32,134 nt of DNA. It comes from an uncultured Streptococcus sp. (GTDB lineage Bacteria > Bacillota > Bacilli > Lactobacillales > Streptococcaceae). The notes beneath the pieces were generated by a model. It was not told the DNA's origin and did not search any database. It was given only the letters and a program-made list of their open reading frames with translations. The stretch is taken from the NCBI GenBank assembly GCA_963523355.1, contig CAURCY010000001.1, forward strand, positions 1-32,134, in the 5' to 3' direction. The translations under genes were made by a program, and so were the position numbers. Each line of letters begins with the position of its first letter. Position 1 is the stretch's first letter. This document shows, in pieces, positions 20,828-30,795 of the stretch.

Positions 20828-21694
20828 ATGGCTCTATTTAGTAAAAAAGATAAGTATATTCGAATCAATCCCAATCGTTCGGTTAGGGAAAAACCTCAAG
20901 CTAAGCCAGAGGTTCCAGATGAATTATTCTCCCAGTGTCCAGGCTGTAAGCATACCATTTATCAGAAGGATCTGGGAAGTGAGCGTATCTGTCCACATTG
21001 TAACTATACCTTTCGTATTTCTGCCCAAGAACGCTTGGCTTTGACGATTGATATGGGAACCTTCAAGGAATTGTTTACAGGGATTGAAAGCAAGGATCCC
21101 TTGCATTTCCCTGGTTATCAAAAGAAACTGGCAACCATGCGTGAAAAAACAGGTCTGGATGAAGCCGTTGTGACAGGAACAGCTCTTATTAAAGGTCAGA
21201 CTGTGGCTCTTGGGATTATGGATTCCAACTTTATCATGGCTTCTATGGGTACGGTTGTAGGAGAAAAAATCACTCGTTTGTTTGAGTATGCGACTGTCGA
21301 ACAATTGCCAGTTGTTCTCTTCACAGCCTCTGGTGGAGCCCGTATGCAGGAAGGAATCATGAGTCTCATGCAGATGGCTAAGATTTCTGCAGCGGTTAAA
21401 CGCCATTCAAATGCTGGCCTCTTTTACCTGACTATTTTGACAGATCCAACGACAGGTGGTGTAACAGCTTCTTTCGCTATGGAAGGGGATATCATTTTAG
21501 CTGAACCACAGAGCTTGGTTGGTTTTGCTGGACGTCGTGTCATTGAAAATACGGTTCGTGAAAGCTTGCCTGAGGATTTCCAAAAGGCAGAATTCCTATT
21601 GGAGCATGGCTTTGTGGATGCTATTGTCAAAAGAAGAGACTTGCCAGATACCATTGCTAGCCTAGTCAGATTGCACGGAGGGAGTCCTAGATGA
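20828..21694 (+). CDS. accD: Acetyl-CoA carboxylase carboxyltransferase beta
   Basis: CPGC/CPHC zinc finger; SGGARMQEG. Confidence 0.97.
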   Translation: MALFSKKDKYIRINPNRSVREKPQAKPEVPDELFSQCPGCKHTIYQKDLGSERICPHCNYTFRISAQERLALTIDMGTFKELFTGIESKDPLHFPGYQKKLATMREKTGLDEAVVTGTALIKGQTVALGIMDSNFIMASMGTVVGEKITRLFEYATVEQLPVVLFTASGGARMQEGIMSLMQMAKISAAVKRHSNAGLFYLTILTDPTTGGVTASFAMEGDIILAEPQSLVGFAGRRVIENTVRESLPEDFQKAEFLLEHGFVDAIVKRRDLPDTIASLVRLHGGSPR

Positions 21695-22458
21695 ATATTG
21701 CAAAAATAGTCAGAGAAGCGCGTGAGCAGAGTCGCTTGACAACCTTGGACTTTGCGACAGGCATTTTTGATGAATTTATCCAATTACATGGTGATCGTTC
21801 TTTTCGAGATGATGGTGCAGTTGTTGGTGGTATCGGCTGGCTTGGAAATCAAGCTGTAACAGTGGTTGGTATCCAAAAAGGCAAGAGTTTACAAGATAAC
21901 CTTAAACGGAATTTTGGTCAACCGCATCCAGAAGGTTACCGCAAGGCCCTACGGTTGATGAAACAGGCTGAAAAGTTTGGCCGTCCAGTAGTGACCTTTA
22001 TCAACACAGCAGGTGCCTATCCTGGTGTCGGAGCAGAAGAACGCGGACAGGGAGAAGCTATTGCTCGCAATCTCATGGAAATGAGTGATTTGAAAGTTCC
22101 TATTATTGCTATCATTATCGGTGAAGGTGGTTCTGGTGGGGCTCTGGCTCTAGCAGTCGCAGACCGTGTTTGGATGCTGGAAAATTCTATCTATGCCATT
22201 CTCAGTCCAGAAGGTTTTGCTTCCATTCTATGGAAAGATGGCAGTCGTGCCATGGAAGCGGCAGAACTGATGAAAATCACTTCGCATGAACTGTTAGAAA
22301 TGGACGTGGTAGATAAGGTGATTTCTGAAGCAGGACTTTCTAGCAAAGAACTGATTAAGAATGTCAAAAAAGAACTCCAAGCTGAGCTAGCTATACTTTT
22401 ACAAAAACCGTTAGAAGCGTTGTTGGAAGAGCGTTATCAACGATTTAGAAAATACTAA
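21691..22458 (+). CDS. accA: Acetyl-CoA carboxylase carboxyltransferase alpha
   Basis: PEGYRKA, AEERGQ and GEGGSGGA motifs. Confidence 0.97.
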   Translation: MNIAKIVREAREQSRLTTLDFATGIFDEFIQLHGDRSFRDDGAVVGGIGWLGNQAVTVVGIQKGKSLQDNLKRNFGQPHPEGYRKALRLMKQAEKFGRPVVTFINTAGAYPGVGAEERGQGEAIARNLMEMSDLKVPIIAIIIGEGGSGGALALAVADRVWMLENSIYAILSPEGFASILWKDGSRAMEAAELMKITSHELLEMDVVDKVISEAGLSSKELIKNVKKELQAELAILLQKPLEALLEERYQRFRKY

Positions 22459-22467
22459 GAATGACTA

Positions 22468-22495
22468 AATGAGACTAGAAAGGTCTCATTTTTTT
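22468..22495 (+). terminator. Terminator of the fab/acc operon
   Basis: AATGAGAC-tagaaag-GTCTCATT followed by a T run. Confidence 0.75.
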
Positions 22496-22503
22496 AGAAA
22501 AAT

Positions 22504-22570
22504 GCAGTTCAGACCGAAAAATTGACAGTTGAGGGGAAGATTAATAACATAGACAAAAAAGATCTATACT
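22504..22570 (+). promoter_or_regulatory. ComE (LytTR)-type direct-repeat box and -10
   Basis: GCAGTTCAG-12 bp-ACAGTTGAG, then 31 bp to TATACT (22565-22570); fits the ComE-box consensus and spacing. Confidence 0.85.
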
Positions 22571-22614
22571 GTAGATGTAAGCTTACAAAAATTTATTTTA
22601 AGGAGGTACTTGAT

Positions 22615-22797
22615 ATGACAGGTACAGAAACATTTACAGTTCTTTCATCTGAGAACTTAGAGCAAACTTCAGGTGGTGGCATGGTTTTGTTGGTTGATGA
22701 TTATTATTGGGGTTGGCCTTATGCTTATAGCATTGCAACTGACCCGAGTACAATACTGACTCATGCGACTAGACGTGGTTCTGGTATTGGCTATTGA
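22615..22797 (+). CDS. Double-glycine leader peptide, BriC-like (60 aa)
   Basis: AAGGAGGT RBS; leader MTGTETFTVLSSENLEQTSGG has the F..LS...L....GG pattern; sits after accA as pneumococcal briC does. Confidence 0.85.
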   Translation: MTGTETFTVLSSENLEQTSGGGMVLLVDDYYWGWPYAYSIATDPSTILTHATRRGSGIGY

Positions 22798-22815
22798 TAA
22801 ATTAAAGGGGTAAGT

Positions 22816-23541
22816 ATGAAAAAACTAGGGCATTTAGGAGTATATATCTTACTGGTATTTCTATCAGTTTATCTACCAGAGTTAGGTGTTGTGCAAATCA
22901 CTAAGTTTTTAGGATGGGGGATAGATGGCTATTCTGTCATTTCACTTGTTTGGGAACTAGTTCTTGTAGTCTTATTTGTCTGCTGGTTGAAAAAGAAAGA
23001 GATGCTCTATATTTTTGAGAAAAAGGGTTCAAAGAAGTCAAGATTCTTTTACCTTGTAGTTGGTCTAGTGGCTACTTATTTTGATCGTCAATTGGTGGAT
23101 GCTTTTCAGTTACAGTTTCATCACCTAATTGATAACAAGTATATCTTTCAAGACCTTCTTTCGATTCTATACTCCAATGGGCAACCAACTTTTCTATCAA
23201 CTGTTCTCAGTTTTAGTTTAACAGTAGTCGTCGGACCTATATTAGAGGAACTGATTCATAGAGGGTATTTTATGAATACCTTTTTCCCCCAGTCCAAGTA
23301 CTATCTGGATGTTATCCTATCTGCTCTTATCTTTGGACTTAGTCATTTGATCCTAACTCACCGAGATCCTATCAGTTTGATTATTTATATTCTTGTTGGT
23401 CTTTTCTTTGCTCTAGTATATCGATGGACAAAGAACTTAAAAATCACCATCCTGTGCCATAGTTTTTTTAACTTTCTCATTTATGCAAAACCCATCTGGA
23501 TTTTTGTTTATAATTATGTCTATTACCACTTTTTAAGATAG
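22816..23541 (+). CDS. CPBP/CAAX family intramembrane metalloprotease (Abi-like; possible immunity or processing protein)
   Basis: EELIHRG (EExxxR), FGLSH (FxxxH) and HSFFN (HxxxN) motifs; multiple TM helices. Confidence 0.92.
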   Translation: MKKLGHLGVYILLVFLSVYLPELGVVQITKFLGWGIDGYSVISLVWELVLVVLFVCWLKKKEMLYIFEKKGSKKSRFFYLVVGLVATYFDRQLVDAFQLQFHHLIDNKYIFQDLLSILYSNGQPTFLSTVLSFSLTVVVGPILEELIHRGYFMNTFFPQSKYYLDVILSALIFGLSHLILTHRDPISLIIYILVGLFFALVYRWTKNLKITILCHSFFNFLIYAKPIWIFVYNYVYYHFLR

Positions 23542-23550
23542 TGGAAGCAA

Positions 23551-23588
23551 AGAAAACAGTGTTTGATATCTGTCAAACACTGTTTTCT
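23551..23588. terminator. Bidirectional terminator between the CPBP gene and nusB
   Basis: AGAAAACAGTGTTTGA-tatctg-TCAAACACTGTTTTCT, a perfect 16-bp inverted repeat. Confidence 0.85.
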
Positions 23589-23593
23589 ATCTA

Positions 23594-24013
23594 CTATTCT
23601 TCAGTCACAAATTGACTGAGCAGTCCGTTGATAAAGCGGGCTGATTTTTGATCTGAAAAATTCTTGGCAAGTTCAATGGCTTCATTGACTGCTACCAGCT
23701 GAGGTGTATCAAATGATGTGATTTCAAAGATACCCAAGCGTAGTAAGTTTTTTTCGACCAAGGTCAAACGTTCAACTGTCCAGCCTGACTTGAGGTGCTG
23801 GTTGATTTGTTTATCCAACTCGTCTTTTTGAGCTTGAACACCAGAAACCAAGTTCAGAAGAAAGGCAGGGATTTGCACATCTTCATCTTCACGGTCATGT
23901 GTGTAGGCAAAGTGACAAGCTGTCTCCATATCTGTGCCGAATTCAAGGCTCATGAGAGCTTGAAAAGCACATTTACGAAGTTCGCGTCTAGATTCTAATA
24001 ATGGACTAGTCAT
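23594..24013 (-). CDS. nusB: Transcription antitermination factor NusB
   Basis: [21 protein letters not shown] and FINGLL motifs. Confidence 0.95.
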   Translation of the reverse strand: MTSPLLESRRELRKCAFQALMSLEFGTDMETACHFAYTHDREDEDVQIPAFLLNLVSGVQAQKDELDKQINQHLKSGWTVERLTLVEKNLLRLGIFEITSFDTPQLVAVNEAIELAKNFSDQKSARFINGLLSQFVTEE

Positions 24014-24395
24014 TGAGGAAGTCCTCGTTAAATAGATCTTTCAACTCAGGTTTTGGTGTTTTATCTGGAACGATTCCTGCAACATGGATGTTGACAGCAG
24101 CAAGTTCCACATCAGCCATATCACGGACAGCATCTTTGACCGCTTTTTGAATAGCAAGAGCAACTTTTGGTACTTTCACACCGTACTCAAGATAGAGATA
24201 AATGTCAGCAGTTAGCTCTTCGTTGCTTTCTTTTAAGTAGACACCACGACCAAGAGAGAGTTTTGATAGGGTATCAGATACGGATTTATTTGAAAATGAG
24301 TGGACACCATCAACTTTAGCAGTTGCGATGGCAATGATTTTTTCAAGTACACGTGGAGCGATAACGATTTCGCCAAATTGTTCTTCAATTCCCAT
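24006..24395 (-). CDS. Asp23/Gls24 family protein (YqhY-like)
   Basis: IAP.V...I..IA...VDGV and VNIHV.GI motifs; efp-asp23-nusB order. Confidence 0.9.
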   Translation of the reverse strand: MGIEEQFGEIVIAPRVLEKIIAIATAKVDGVHSFSNKSVSDTLSKLSLGRGVYLKESNEELTADIYLYLEYGVKVPKVALAIQKAVKDAVRDMADVELAAVNIHVAGIVPDKTPKPELKDLFNEDFLND

Positions 24396-24416
24396 AGAAT
24401 GACCTCTTTCTAGAGA

Positions 24417-24977
24417 TTAGGCACGAGAAACGTAAGTTCCTTCTGCAGTGTTGATGATCAATTTTTGTCCAGCTTCGATGAAGTCAGGAACGTTGACAAC
24501 AAGTCCAGTTTCCATAGTTGCTGGTTTACCAGAACCTGTAACAGTAGCACCTTTGATAGATGGTTGTGTTTCAGCAACTGTCAATTCAACAGTAGTTGGT
24601 ACAGTTACACCGATTACTTCAGTTCCGTAGAATTGGATTTTTACATCAGAGTTTTCAAGGATGTAAAGCAATTCATTTTCAACGTTTACGACTGGGATTT
24701 CGTATTGGTCGTAAGTTTCAGTGTTCATGAAGTAGGCAGTTTCATCCATTTTGTACAAGTATTGAGCTGGGACAGTTTCGATAATAGCTTGCTCGAATTT
24801 TTCTTCTGGACGGTAGCTTGTATCAAATGTAGAACCAGTACGGACATCACGCAATTTCATACGCATGATCGTGTTTCCTTTACCTGGTTTGTGGTGGCTA
24901 GCTTCCAAAACGCGGATTAATTTTCCGTCTGCAGTTTCAAATGTCATACCAGCTTTCAATTTGCTTGCTTCAATCAT
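24417..24977 (-). CDS. efp: Elongation factor P
   Basis: HHKPGKG loop; [14 protein letters not shown]-terminus. Confidence 0.98.
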   Translation of the reverse strand: MIEASKLKAGMTFETADGKLIRVLEASHHKPGKGNTIMRMKLRDVRTGSTFDTSYRPEEKFEQAIIETVPAQYLYKMDETAYFMNTETYDQYEIPVVNVENELLYILENSDVKIQFYGTEVIGVTVPTTVELTVAETQPSIKGATVTGSGKPATMETGLVVNVPDFIEAGQKLIINTAEGTYVSRA

Positions 24978-25069
24978 GTTTTTACCTCTTTAATAAATAT
25001 TATTACTCTTCATTTTACCATAAAATCTTCTGGAAATAAAGCCAAAATAGTTAATGGGATTTTGTAGGA

Positions 25070-25102
25070 GAGAAAAAACCAACCTCAGGGCTGGTTTCTT
25101 TT
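25070..25102 (-). terminator. Intrinsic terminator after the displaced gatB tail
   Basis: On the - strand: AAACCAGCC-ctga-GGTTGGTTT followed by TTT. Confidence 0.75.
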
Positions 25103-25107
25103 ACGTG

Positions 25108-25262
25108 TTACTCTTCTTTCAACTTAGCCAATTCCTGGGCAAAGACTTGGTGGATAATTGGAATCAAGACAGCTGGATCTGAGATTTGGACCATACCTGC
25201 TTTTTCAACGTATTCACGCGCACCACCGTCATTTTTAGCTAGGTGAACAAAGACTTTCTTGG
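25108..25262 (-). pseudogene. Second copy of the gatB 3' end with an in-frame 126-bp internal deletion
   Basis: 25138-25262 aligns to 25982-26106 (5 mismatches in 125 bp by manual count); 25111-25142 aligns to the gatB terminus; reads [13 protein letters not shown]...[15 protein letters not shown]. Confidence 0.93.
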
Positions 25263-25383
25263 TCGTAGCTGAGCTCTTCAAGAAGGATATGGGATTGAGG
25301 CTATTGAAAAGGTAGATCTCTTAATTTGAATGATTATTAAACTATATTATAACCTTTAAAAATCATCTAAGATATACTTGTCG

Positions 25384-25779
25384 TTATTTACTAGCAGTTA
25401 TCTTCTTTATGGAATGGTATTCAATGAGCCACCCTACAATCCACCCCGTCGCTAGCAAGTAATTTTCGAAAGCACCGATAGCATTTACAGGAGAATGATA
25501 CTCCATAAAATTGACTAAGTGATTTGTTCCTATTCCAATCCCACCGAAGATGAGAGCGAGAAGCACGATTCGTAGATAGAACCAATCGTACTTAATATTG
25601 ACACCGAGAATAAGAATCAATACAGCTAGGTTCCATATTCCAATTTCTCGTTGCCAACCAGCAGAGATTCCATACCCGGAGTGACTTCCCATGTATGATG
25701 GAAAGAAAATTTGTAGTATAGAAGCGCCTAGCATAGCGATGATGACTAAAACAAATAGCAATCGTAAAAATTTGTTCAT
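25384..25779 (-). CDS. Hypothetical membrane protein with ~4 TM helices (131 aa)
   Basis: ATG ORF starting 43 bp after the gatB stop; four hydrophobic segments; GWQREIG motif; lies between the two gatB tails. Confidence 0.8.
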   Translation of the reverse strand: MNKFLRLLFVLVIIAMLGASILQIFFPSYMGSHSGYGISAGWQREIGIWNLAVLILILGVNIKYDWFYLRIVLLALIFGGIGIGTNHLVNFMEYHSPVNAIGAFENYLLATGWIVGWLIEYHSIKKITASK

Positions 25780-25822
25780 TTTTTCTTCTTTCTAAAATAG
25801 AAAAAGGTATATAAAAAGTCTG

Positions 25823-27268
25823 TTATTCATCTTCTTTCAACTTCGCTAATTCTTGGGCAAGGAGTTTAAGGGCGACTTGTGGGTTGGCTTGGCCTTTGGT
25901 TGCTTTCATAAGGAAGCCTGTAAAGGCCTTATCTGCGTTGCGTTTGCCTGACTTGAAGTCGGCAACTGCGGCTTCGTTATCGGCAAAGACTTGGTGGATA
26001 ATTGGAATCAAGACAGCTGGATCTGAGATTTGAACCATACCTGCTTTTTCCACGTATTCACGCGCGCCACCGCCATTTTTAGCTAGGTGGACAAAGACTT
26101 TCTTGGCAATCTTAGAAGAAATCGTGCCGTCTTCGATGATGGCAATCATTTCAACCAAGTTTTCTGGTGTCAATTCGATTTGTTCTAGTGTCTTGCCTTC
26201 AGCATTCAAGAACTGAGCGACTTCCCCTTGGAGCCAGTTAGAGACTTGTTTGGCATCGCCACCGAGGGCAACAGCTTTTTCAAAGAAGTCAGAAGTGACT
26301 TTGTTTGCGGTTAACTGGCTAGCATCGTAGTCTGACAAACCAAGTTGAGATACGTAGCGAGCTCGGCGTTCTTTTGGAAACTCTGGTAACTCTGTACGCA
26401 TTTCCTCAATCCACTCGTCTGAGATTTCAAAGAGTGGTAGGTCTGGTTCTGGGAAGTAGCGGTAGTCTGCAGCACCTTCCTTGACACGCATGAGGATAGT
26501 TGCCTTGTTGGCTTCATCGTAGCGGCGTGTTTCTTGGCGGATTTGACCACCTGAGCGAAGGATTTCAGCTTGACGTTGAACTTCGTATTCAAGACCTTTG
26601 CGAACGTTTGAGAAGGAGTTGAGGTTCTTCAACTCAGTTTTGGTACCGAATTTTTCTTGACCATAAGGGCGAAGGGAGATATTGGCATCCACACGCATAG
26701 AACCTTCTTCCATCTTAACGTCAGAAATACCAGCATACTGGATAACTTCCTTGAGGGCAGTTAGGTAAGCGTAGGCTTCTTCAGGAGAACGCATGTCAGC
26801 TTCAGATACAATCTCAATCAATGGCACCCCTTGGCGGTTGAGGTCAACATAAGAGTAGCCATCTGTACCATGGGTGTTTTTACCAGCGTCTTCCTCTAGG
26901 TGGGCACGTTCGATACCGATTTTCTTAGTCGTACCATCTTCTAGTTCCACTTCAATCCAGCCGTTGTAACCGATTGGCTCATCAAACTGAGAAATTTGGT
27001 AGGCTTTGGGATTATCAGGGTAGAAGTAGTTCTTGCGGTCAAAGTGCATCTTTTTGTGGATGTCCATGTTGAGGGCAAGAGCTGCCTTGATACCGGCATC
27101 GACAACACCTTTGTTGAGAACCGGAAGTACTCCTGGGAAAGACCAGTCAATCACGTTAGTGTTGGCATTTTGGTCATTTCCGAAGTGGGCAGAAGTAGGT
27201 GAGAAGATTTTTGAATTGGTGTTGAGCTCTACGTGGACTTCAAGTCCAATGACTGTTTCAAAGTTCAT
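25823..27268 (-). CDS. gatB: Asp/Glu-tRNA amidotransferase subunit B
   Basis: [27 protein letters not shown] and YRYFPEPDL motifs. Confidence 0.98.
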   Translation of the reverse strand: MNFETVIGLEVHVELNTNSKIFSPTSAHFGNDQNANTNVIDWSFPGVLPVLNKGVVDAGIKAALALNMDIHKKMHFDRKNYFYPDNPKAYQISQFDEPIGYNGWIEVELEDGTTKKIGIERAHLEEDAGKNTHGTDGYSYVDLNRQGVPLIEIVSEADMRSPEEAYAYLTALKEVIQYAGISDVKMEEGSMRVDANISLRPYGQEKFGTKTELKNLNSFSNVRKGLEYEVQRQAEILRSGGQIRQETRRYDEANKATILMRVKEGAADYRYFPEPDLPLFEISDEWIEEMRTELPEFPKERRARYVSQLGLSDYDASQLTANKVTSDFFEKAVALGGDAKQVSNWLQGEVAQFLNAEGKTLEQIELTPENLVEMIAIIEDGTISSKIAKKVFVHLAKNGGGAREYVEKAGMVQISDPAVLIPIIHQVFADNEAAVADFKSGKRNADKAFTGFLMKATKGQANPQVALKLLAQELAKLKEDE

Positions 27269-28734
27269 TAGTTATCACCTCCAAAAATCACGGGTTGTTG
27301 TTTGTGGTAGTCTGTTGTTGCTTCAAAAGCAGTAGCAACTTGGTAAATGGTTTCCTCAGAATACTTAGGACCAATTAATTGTAGACCAACAGGCAGACCT
27401 TGAGCGAATCCAGCTGGAATCGAAATTCCTGGGAGACCTGCCAAATTGACTGGGATGGTCAAAAGGTCAGCCAAGTACATGGCAACTGGGTCGTGGTTGA
27501 GTGAGTCCAAATCGTAGGCAACACTTGGAGCGGTTGGACCCAAAATCAGGTCATAATCCGCAAAGACGTTTTCGAAATCTTGAATGATGAGGGTACGGAC
27601 TTGACCAGCCTTCTTGTAGTAAGCATCGTAGTAACCTGATGAAAGGCTGAAAGTACCTAGCATGATACGTCGTTTCACTTCTTCACCGAAACCTTGGCTA
27701 CGGCTGTTTACATAGATTTCATCAAGATTGGTTGCATCCTCTGCACGATAGCCGTAACGGATACCGTCAAAGCGTTGCAAGTTTGAGGAAGCTTCTGATG
27801 AAGCGATGATGTAGTAAACTGCCACACCGTATTTAGAGTGAGGAAGGCTGACTTCTTCAACGATAGCACCAAGTTTTTCAAAGTGCTTAGCAGCATTCAG
27901 AATGGTTTCCTTAACCTCTGGGTCAATCCCTTCGCCTAGGTATTCCTTAGGTAAAGCAATTTTCATACCCTTGATGTCTTGACCGATTTTTGAAGTAAAG
28001 TCGGCAATGCGGACAGGGGCAGAAGTAGAGTCTTTGGCATCTTCGCTGGCAATCGCATTGAGCAAGAGGGCATTTTCCCTAACAGTAGGAGCAAAAGGTC
28101 CAATCTGGTCTAATGAGCTACCAAAGGCAATGAGACCGAAACGTGAAACTGTTCCGTAGGTTGGTTTGAGACCAACAATCCCGTTAAAGGCAGCAGGTTG
28201 GCGGATAGAACCACCAGTATCAGAACCAAGTGATAAGCGGACTTGCCCTGACGCTACAGCTGCGGCCGAACCACTTGATGAACCACCAGGAACCTTGCTG
28301 TGGTCCCAAGCGTTTTTAGTTGCTCCGTAGTGAGAAGTTTCACCTGAACCACCCATGGCAAATTCGTCCATGTTGGTCTTTCCGACGACAATCATGCCTT
28401 TCGCTTTTGCATTGGAAACGGCTGTCGCATCAAAAATAGGCTCATAGTTGTAGAGCATTTTTGAAGCAGCAGTTGTGAGAATACCATCAGTAGAGATGTT
28501 ATCCTTAACTGCAAGTGGAATTCCTGAGAGGGCATTATCAGCATCGATTCCTGCTTCATCAATAGCTTTAGCTTGCGCAAGGGCTTGCTCCTCAGCGATG
28601 GTAACAAAAGCGTTGATAGCTGTCTCGCGAGATTGGATATCTTCAAGCGTTGCTTGGGTTAATTCAGTTGCAGAAATTTCCTTAGAGACAAGGAGATTGT
28701 GCAAGTCTTCAATAGTTTTGTTATTAAAAGTCAT
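27268..28734 (-). CDS. gatA: Asp/Glu-tRNA amidotransferase subunit A
   Basis: Amidase signature [11 protein letters not shown]...[11 protein letters not shown]. Confidence 0.98.
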   Translation of the reverse strand: MTFNNKTIEDLHNLLVSKEISATELTQATLEDIQSRETAINAFVTIAEEQALAQAKAIDEAGIDADNALSGIPLAVKDNISTDGILTTAASKMLYNYEPIFDATAVSNAKAKGMIVVGKTNMDEFAMGGSGETSHYGATKNAWDHSKVPGGSSSGSAAAVASGQVRLSLGSDTGGSIRQPAAFNGIVGLKPTYGTVSRFGLIAFGSSLDQIGPFAPTVRENALLLNAIASEDAKDSTSAPVRIADFTSKIGQDIKGMKIALPKEYLGEGIDPEVKETILNAAKHFEKLGAIVEEVSLPHSKYGVAVYYIIASSEASSNLQRFDGIRYGYRAEDATNLDEIYVNSRSQGFGEEVKRRIMLGTFSLSSGYYDAYYKKAGQVRTLIIQDFENVFADYDLILGPTAPSVAYDLDSLNHDPVAMYLADLLTIPVNLAGLPGISIPAGFAQGLPVGLQLIGPKYSEETIYQVATAFEATTDYHKQQPVIFGGDN

Positions 28735-29036
28735 TAGGCATCTCCTCCATCGTCTAGGATAGCTGGTACCTTGATATAGTAGTTGTCTTTTTCAGGTACG
28801 TTTTTAAACAAGCGATCACGGTCTGTTCCTTCTTCGGCCACATCAGGGCGGAGTACGGTCTTACGGTCAGCCATGGTCGTAGTAGGTGCGACACCAGTTG
28901 TGTCAACTTCGCCCAGCAACTCAACCATATCTACAATCTTAGACAAGGTTGTCGCAAAGGCAGCAGTTTCTTCTTCAGAGAATTTTAATTTTGAAAGATT
29001 GGCAACGTGTGTTACCTCTTCTTGCGTAATTTTCAT
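28734..29036 (-). CDS. gatC: Asp/Glu-tRNA amidotransferase subunit C
   Basis: ITQEEV.HVA.LSKL, LRPD and IKVP motifs; upstream of gatA. Confidence 0.95.
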   Translation of the reverse strand: MKITQEEVTHVANLSKLKFSEEETAAFATTLSKIVDMVELLGEVDTTGVAPTTTMADRKTVLRPDVAEEGTDRDRLFKNVPEKDNYYIKVPAILDDGGDA

Positions 29037-29076
29037 CTTGCATCCTTTCGTGAAATGATGATTTTTAGTCTGTTCT

Positions 29077-29085
29077 ATTTTACCA
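29077..29085 (-). promoter_or_regulatory. Extended -10 of gatCAB
   Basis: TGGTAAAAT on the - strand about 40 bp before gatC. Confidence 0.55.
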
Positions 29086-29130
29086 TATTTTCCTATAAAT
29101 AAGGGAGGGGGAAGTGAAAAGAAATAGAAA

Positions 29131-29159
29131 TTGAAAAAAATGGCAAAATCCGATATAAT
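29131..29159 (+). promoter_or_regulatory. prfC promoter
   Basis: TTGAAA-17 bp-TATAAT. Confidence 0.7.
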
Positions 29160-29248
29160 GGAGTGTTGAAAGGAATGGTAAAATCCAATGTAGAAATCAT
29201 TCTTAGCTATTGGAACAAGAAAAATAGAGAATCAAAGAAAGAGAACTT

Positions 29249-30793
29249 ATGAATATTCAAGAAGAAATTAAGAAACGTCGTACCTTTGCCATCATCTCCC
29301 ACCCGGACGCGGGGAAAACAACCATCACTGAGCAGTTGCTCTACTTTGGGGGCGAGATTCGTGAGGCTGGTACGGTTAAAGGAAAGAAAACAGGGACTTT
29401 TGCCAAGTCTGACTGGATGGATATCGAGAAGCAACGTGGGATTTCGGTGACTTCATCTGTGATGCAGTTTGACTATGATGGCAAGCGTGTGAATATCCTC
29501 GACACGCCAGGGCATGAGGACTTTTCAGAAGATACCTATCGTACCTTGATGGCGGTGGATGCTGCAGTTATGGTTGTGGATTCTGCCAAGGGTATCGAGG
29601 CCCAAACCAAGAAATTGTTTGAAGTTGTCAAACACCGTGGAATTCCGGTCTTTACCTTTATGAATAAGCTGGACCGTGACGGTCGTGAGCCACTGGACCT
29701 CTTGCAAGAATTGGAAGAAGTCTTGGGCATTGCTAGCTATCCGATGAACTGGCCTATTGGGATGGGGAAAGCCTTCGAAGGGCTCTATGACCTCTATAAC
29801 CAACGCTTGGAGCTCTACAAAGGGGATGAGCGTTTTGCCAGTCTAGAAGACGGGGACAAACTCTTTGGTAGCAATCCTTTCTACGAGCAAGTCAAGGATG
29901 ATATTGAACTTTTAAATGAAGCTGGGAATGAGTTTTCAGAGGAAGCTATTCTGGCTGGAGAATTGACACCTGTCTTCTTCGGTTCAGCTTTGACAAACTT
30001 TGGTGTGCAGACCTTCCTTGAAACCTTCCTTAAGTTTGCTCCGGAACCTCATGGTCATAAGAAAACAGATGGTGAAATTGTGGATCCTTATGATAAAGAT
30101 TTCTCAGGATTTGTCTTTAAAATCCAAGCCAATATGGACCCTCGTCACCGTGACCGTATTGCCTTTGTACGTATCGTATCGGGTGAATTTGAACGTGGTA
30201 TGAGTGTCAACCTGCCTCGTACTGGTAAGGGTGCTAAACTTTCGAATGTTACTCAGTTTATGGCGGAAAGTCGTGAGAATGTGACCAATGCCGTGGCAGG
30301 TGATATTATCGGGGTTTACGATACAGGTACATATCAAGTTGGGGATACCTTGACAGTTGGGAAAAACAAGTTTGAATTTGAACCACTGCCAACCTTTACA
30401 CCTGAGATTTTCATGAAAGTTTCTGCTAAGAATGTCATGAAGCAGAAATCCTTCCACAAGGGGATTGAGCAATTGGTGCAAGAAGGTGCCATTCAGCTTT
30501 ATAAGAATTACCAAACAGGCGAGTATATGCTAGGCGCTGTAGGTCAACTTCAGTTTGAAGTCTTTAAGCACCGCATGGAAGGCGAGTACAACGCAGAAGT
30601 GGTGATGAGCCCAATGGGTAAAAAGACCGTTCGTTGGATTAAGCCTGAGGACTTGGATGAACGGATGTCATCAAGCCGGAATATCTTGGCCAAAGACCGT
30701 TTTGACCAACCAGTCTTCCTCTTTGAAAACGACTTTGCTCTTCGCTGGTTTGCGGACAAGTATCCAGATGTAGAGTTGGAAGAGAAGATGTAA
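29249..30793 (+). CDS. prfC: Peptide chain release factor 3
   Basis: [31 protein letters not shown] and [10 protein letters not shown] motifs. Confidence 0.98.
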   Translation: MNIQEEIKKRRTFAIISHPDAGKTTITEQLLYFGGEIREAGTVKGKKTGTFAKSDWMDIEKQRGISVTSSVMQFDYDGKRVNILDTPGHEDFSEDTYRTLMAVDAAVMVVDSAKGIEAQTKKLFEVVKHRGIPVFTFMNKLDRDGREPLDLLQELEEVLGIASYPMNWPIGMGKAFEGLYDLYNQRLELYKGDERFASLEDGDKLFGSNPFYEQVKDDIELLNEAGNEFSEEAILAGELTPVFFGSALTNFGVQTFLETFLKFAPEPHGHKKTDGEIVDPYDKDFSGFVFKIQANMDPRHRDRIAFVRIVSGEFERGMSVNLPRTGKGAKLSNVTQFMAESRENVTNAVAGDIIGVYDTGTYQVGDTLTVGKNKFEFEPLPTFTPEIFMKVSAKNVMKQKSFHKGIEQLVQEGAIQLYKNYQTGEYMLGAVGQLQFEVFKHRMEGEYNAEVVMSPMGKKTVRWIKPEDLDERMSSSRNILAKDRFDQPVFLFENDFALRWFADKYPDVELEEKM

Positions 30794-30795
30794 AT

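Noticed and set aside
11898..22458. fab/acc cluster as a novel polyketide or lipid system
   Set aside because: Gene content and order are the standard streptococcal FASII locus.
22522..22614. 91-aa extended version of the peptide ORF starting at TTG 22522
   Set aside because: The start lies inside the ComE box, upstream of the -10; the strong RBS and GG-leader pattern point to ATG 22615.
25108..25320. Expressed mini-GatB fusion ORF
   Set aside because: The frame is open from 25320 but has only an internal TTG without an RBS; treated as a remnant.
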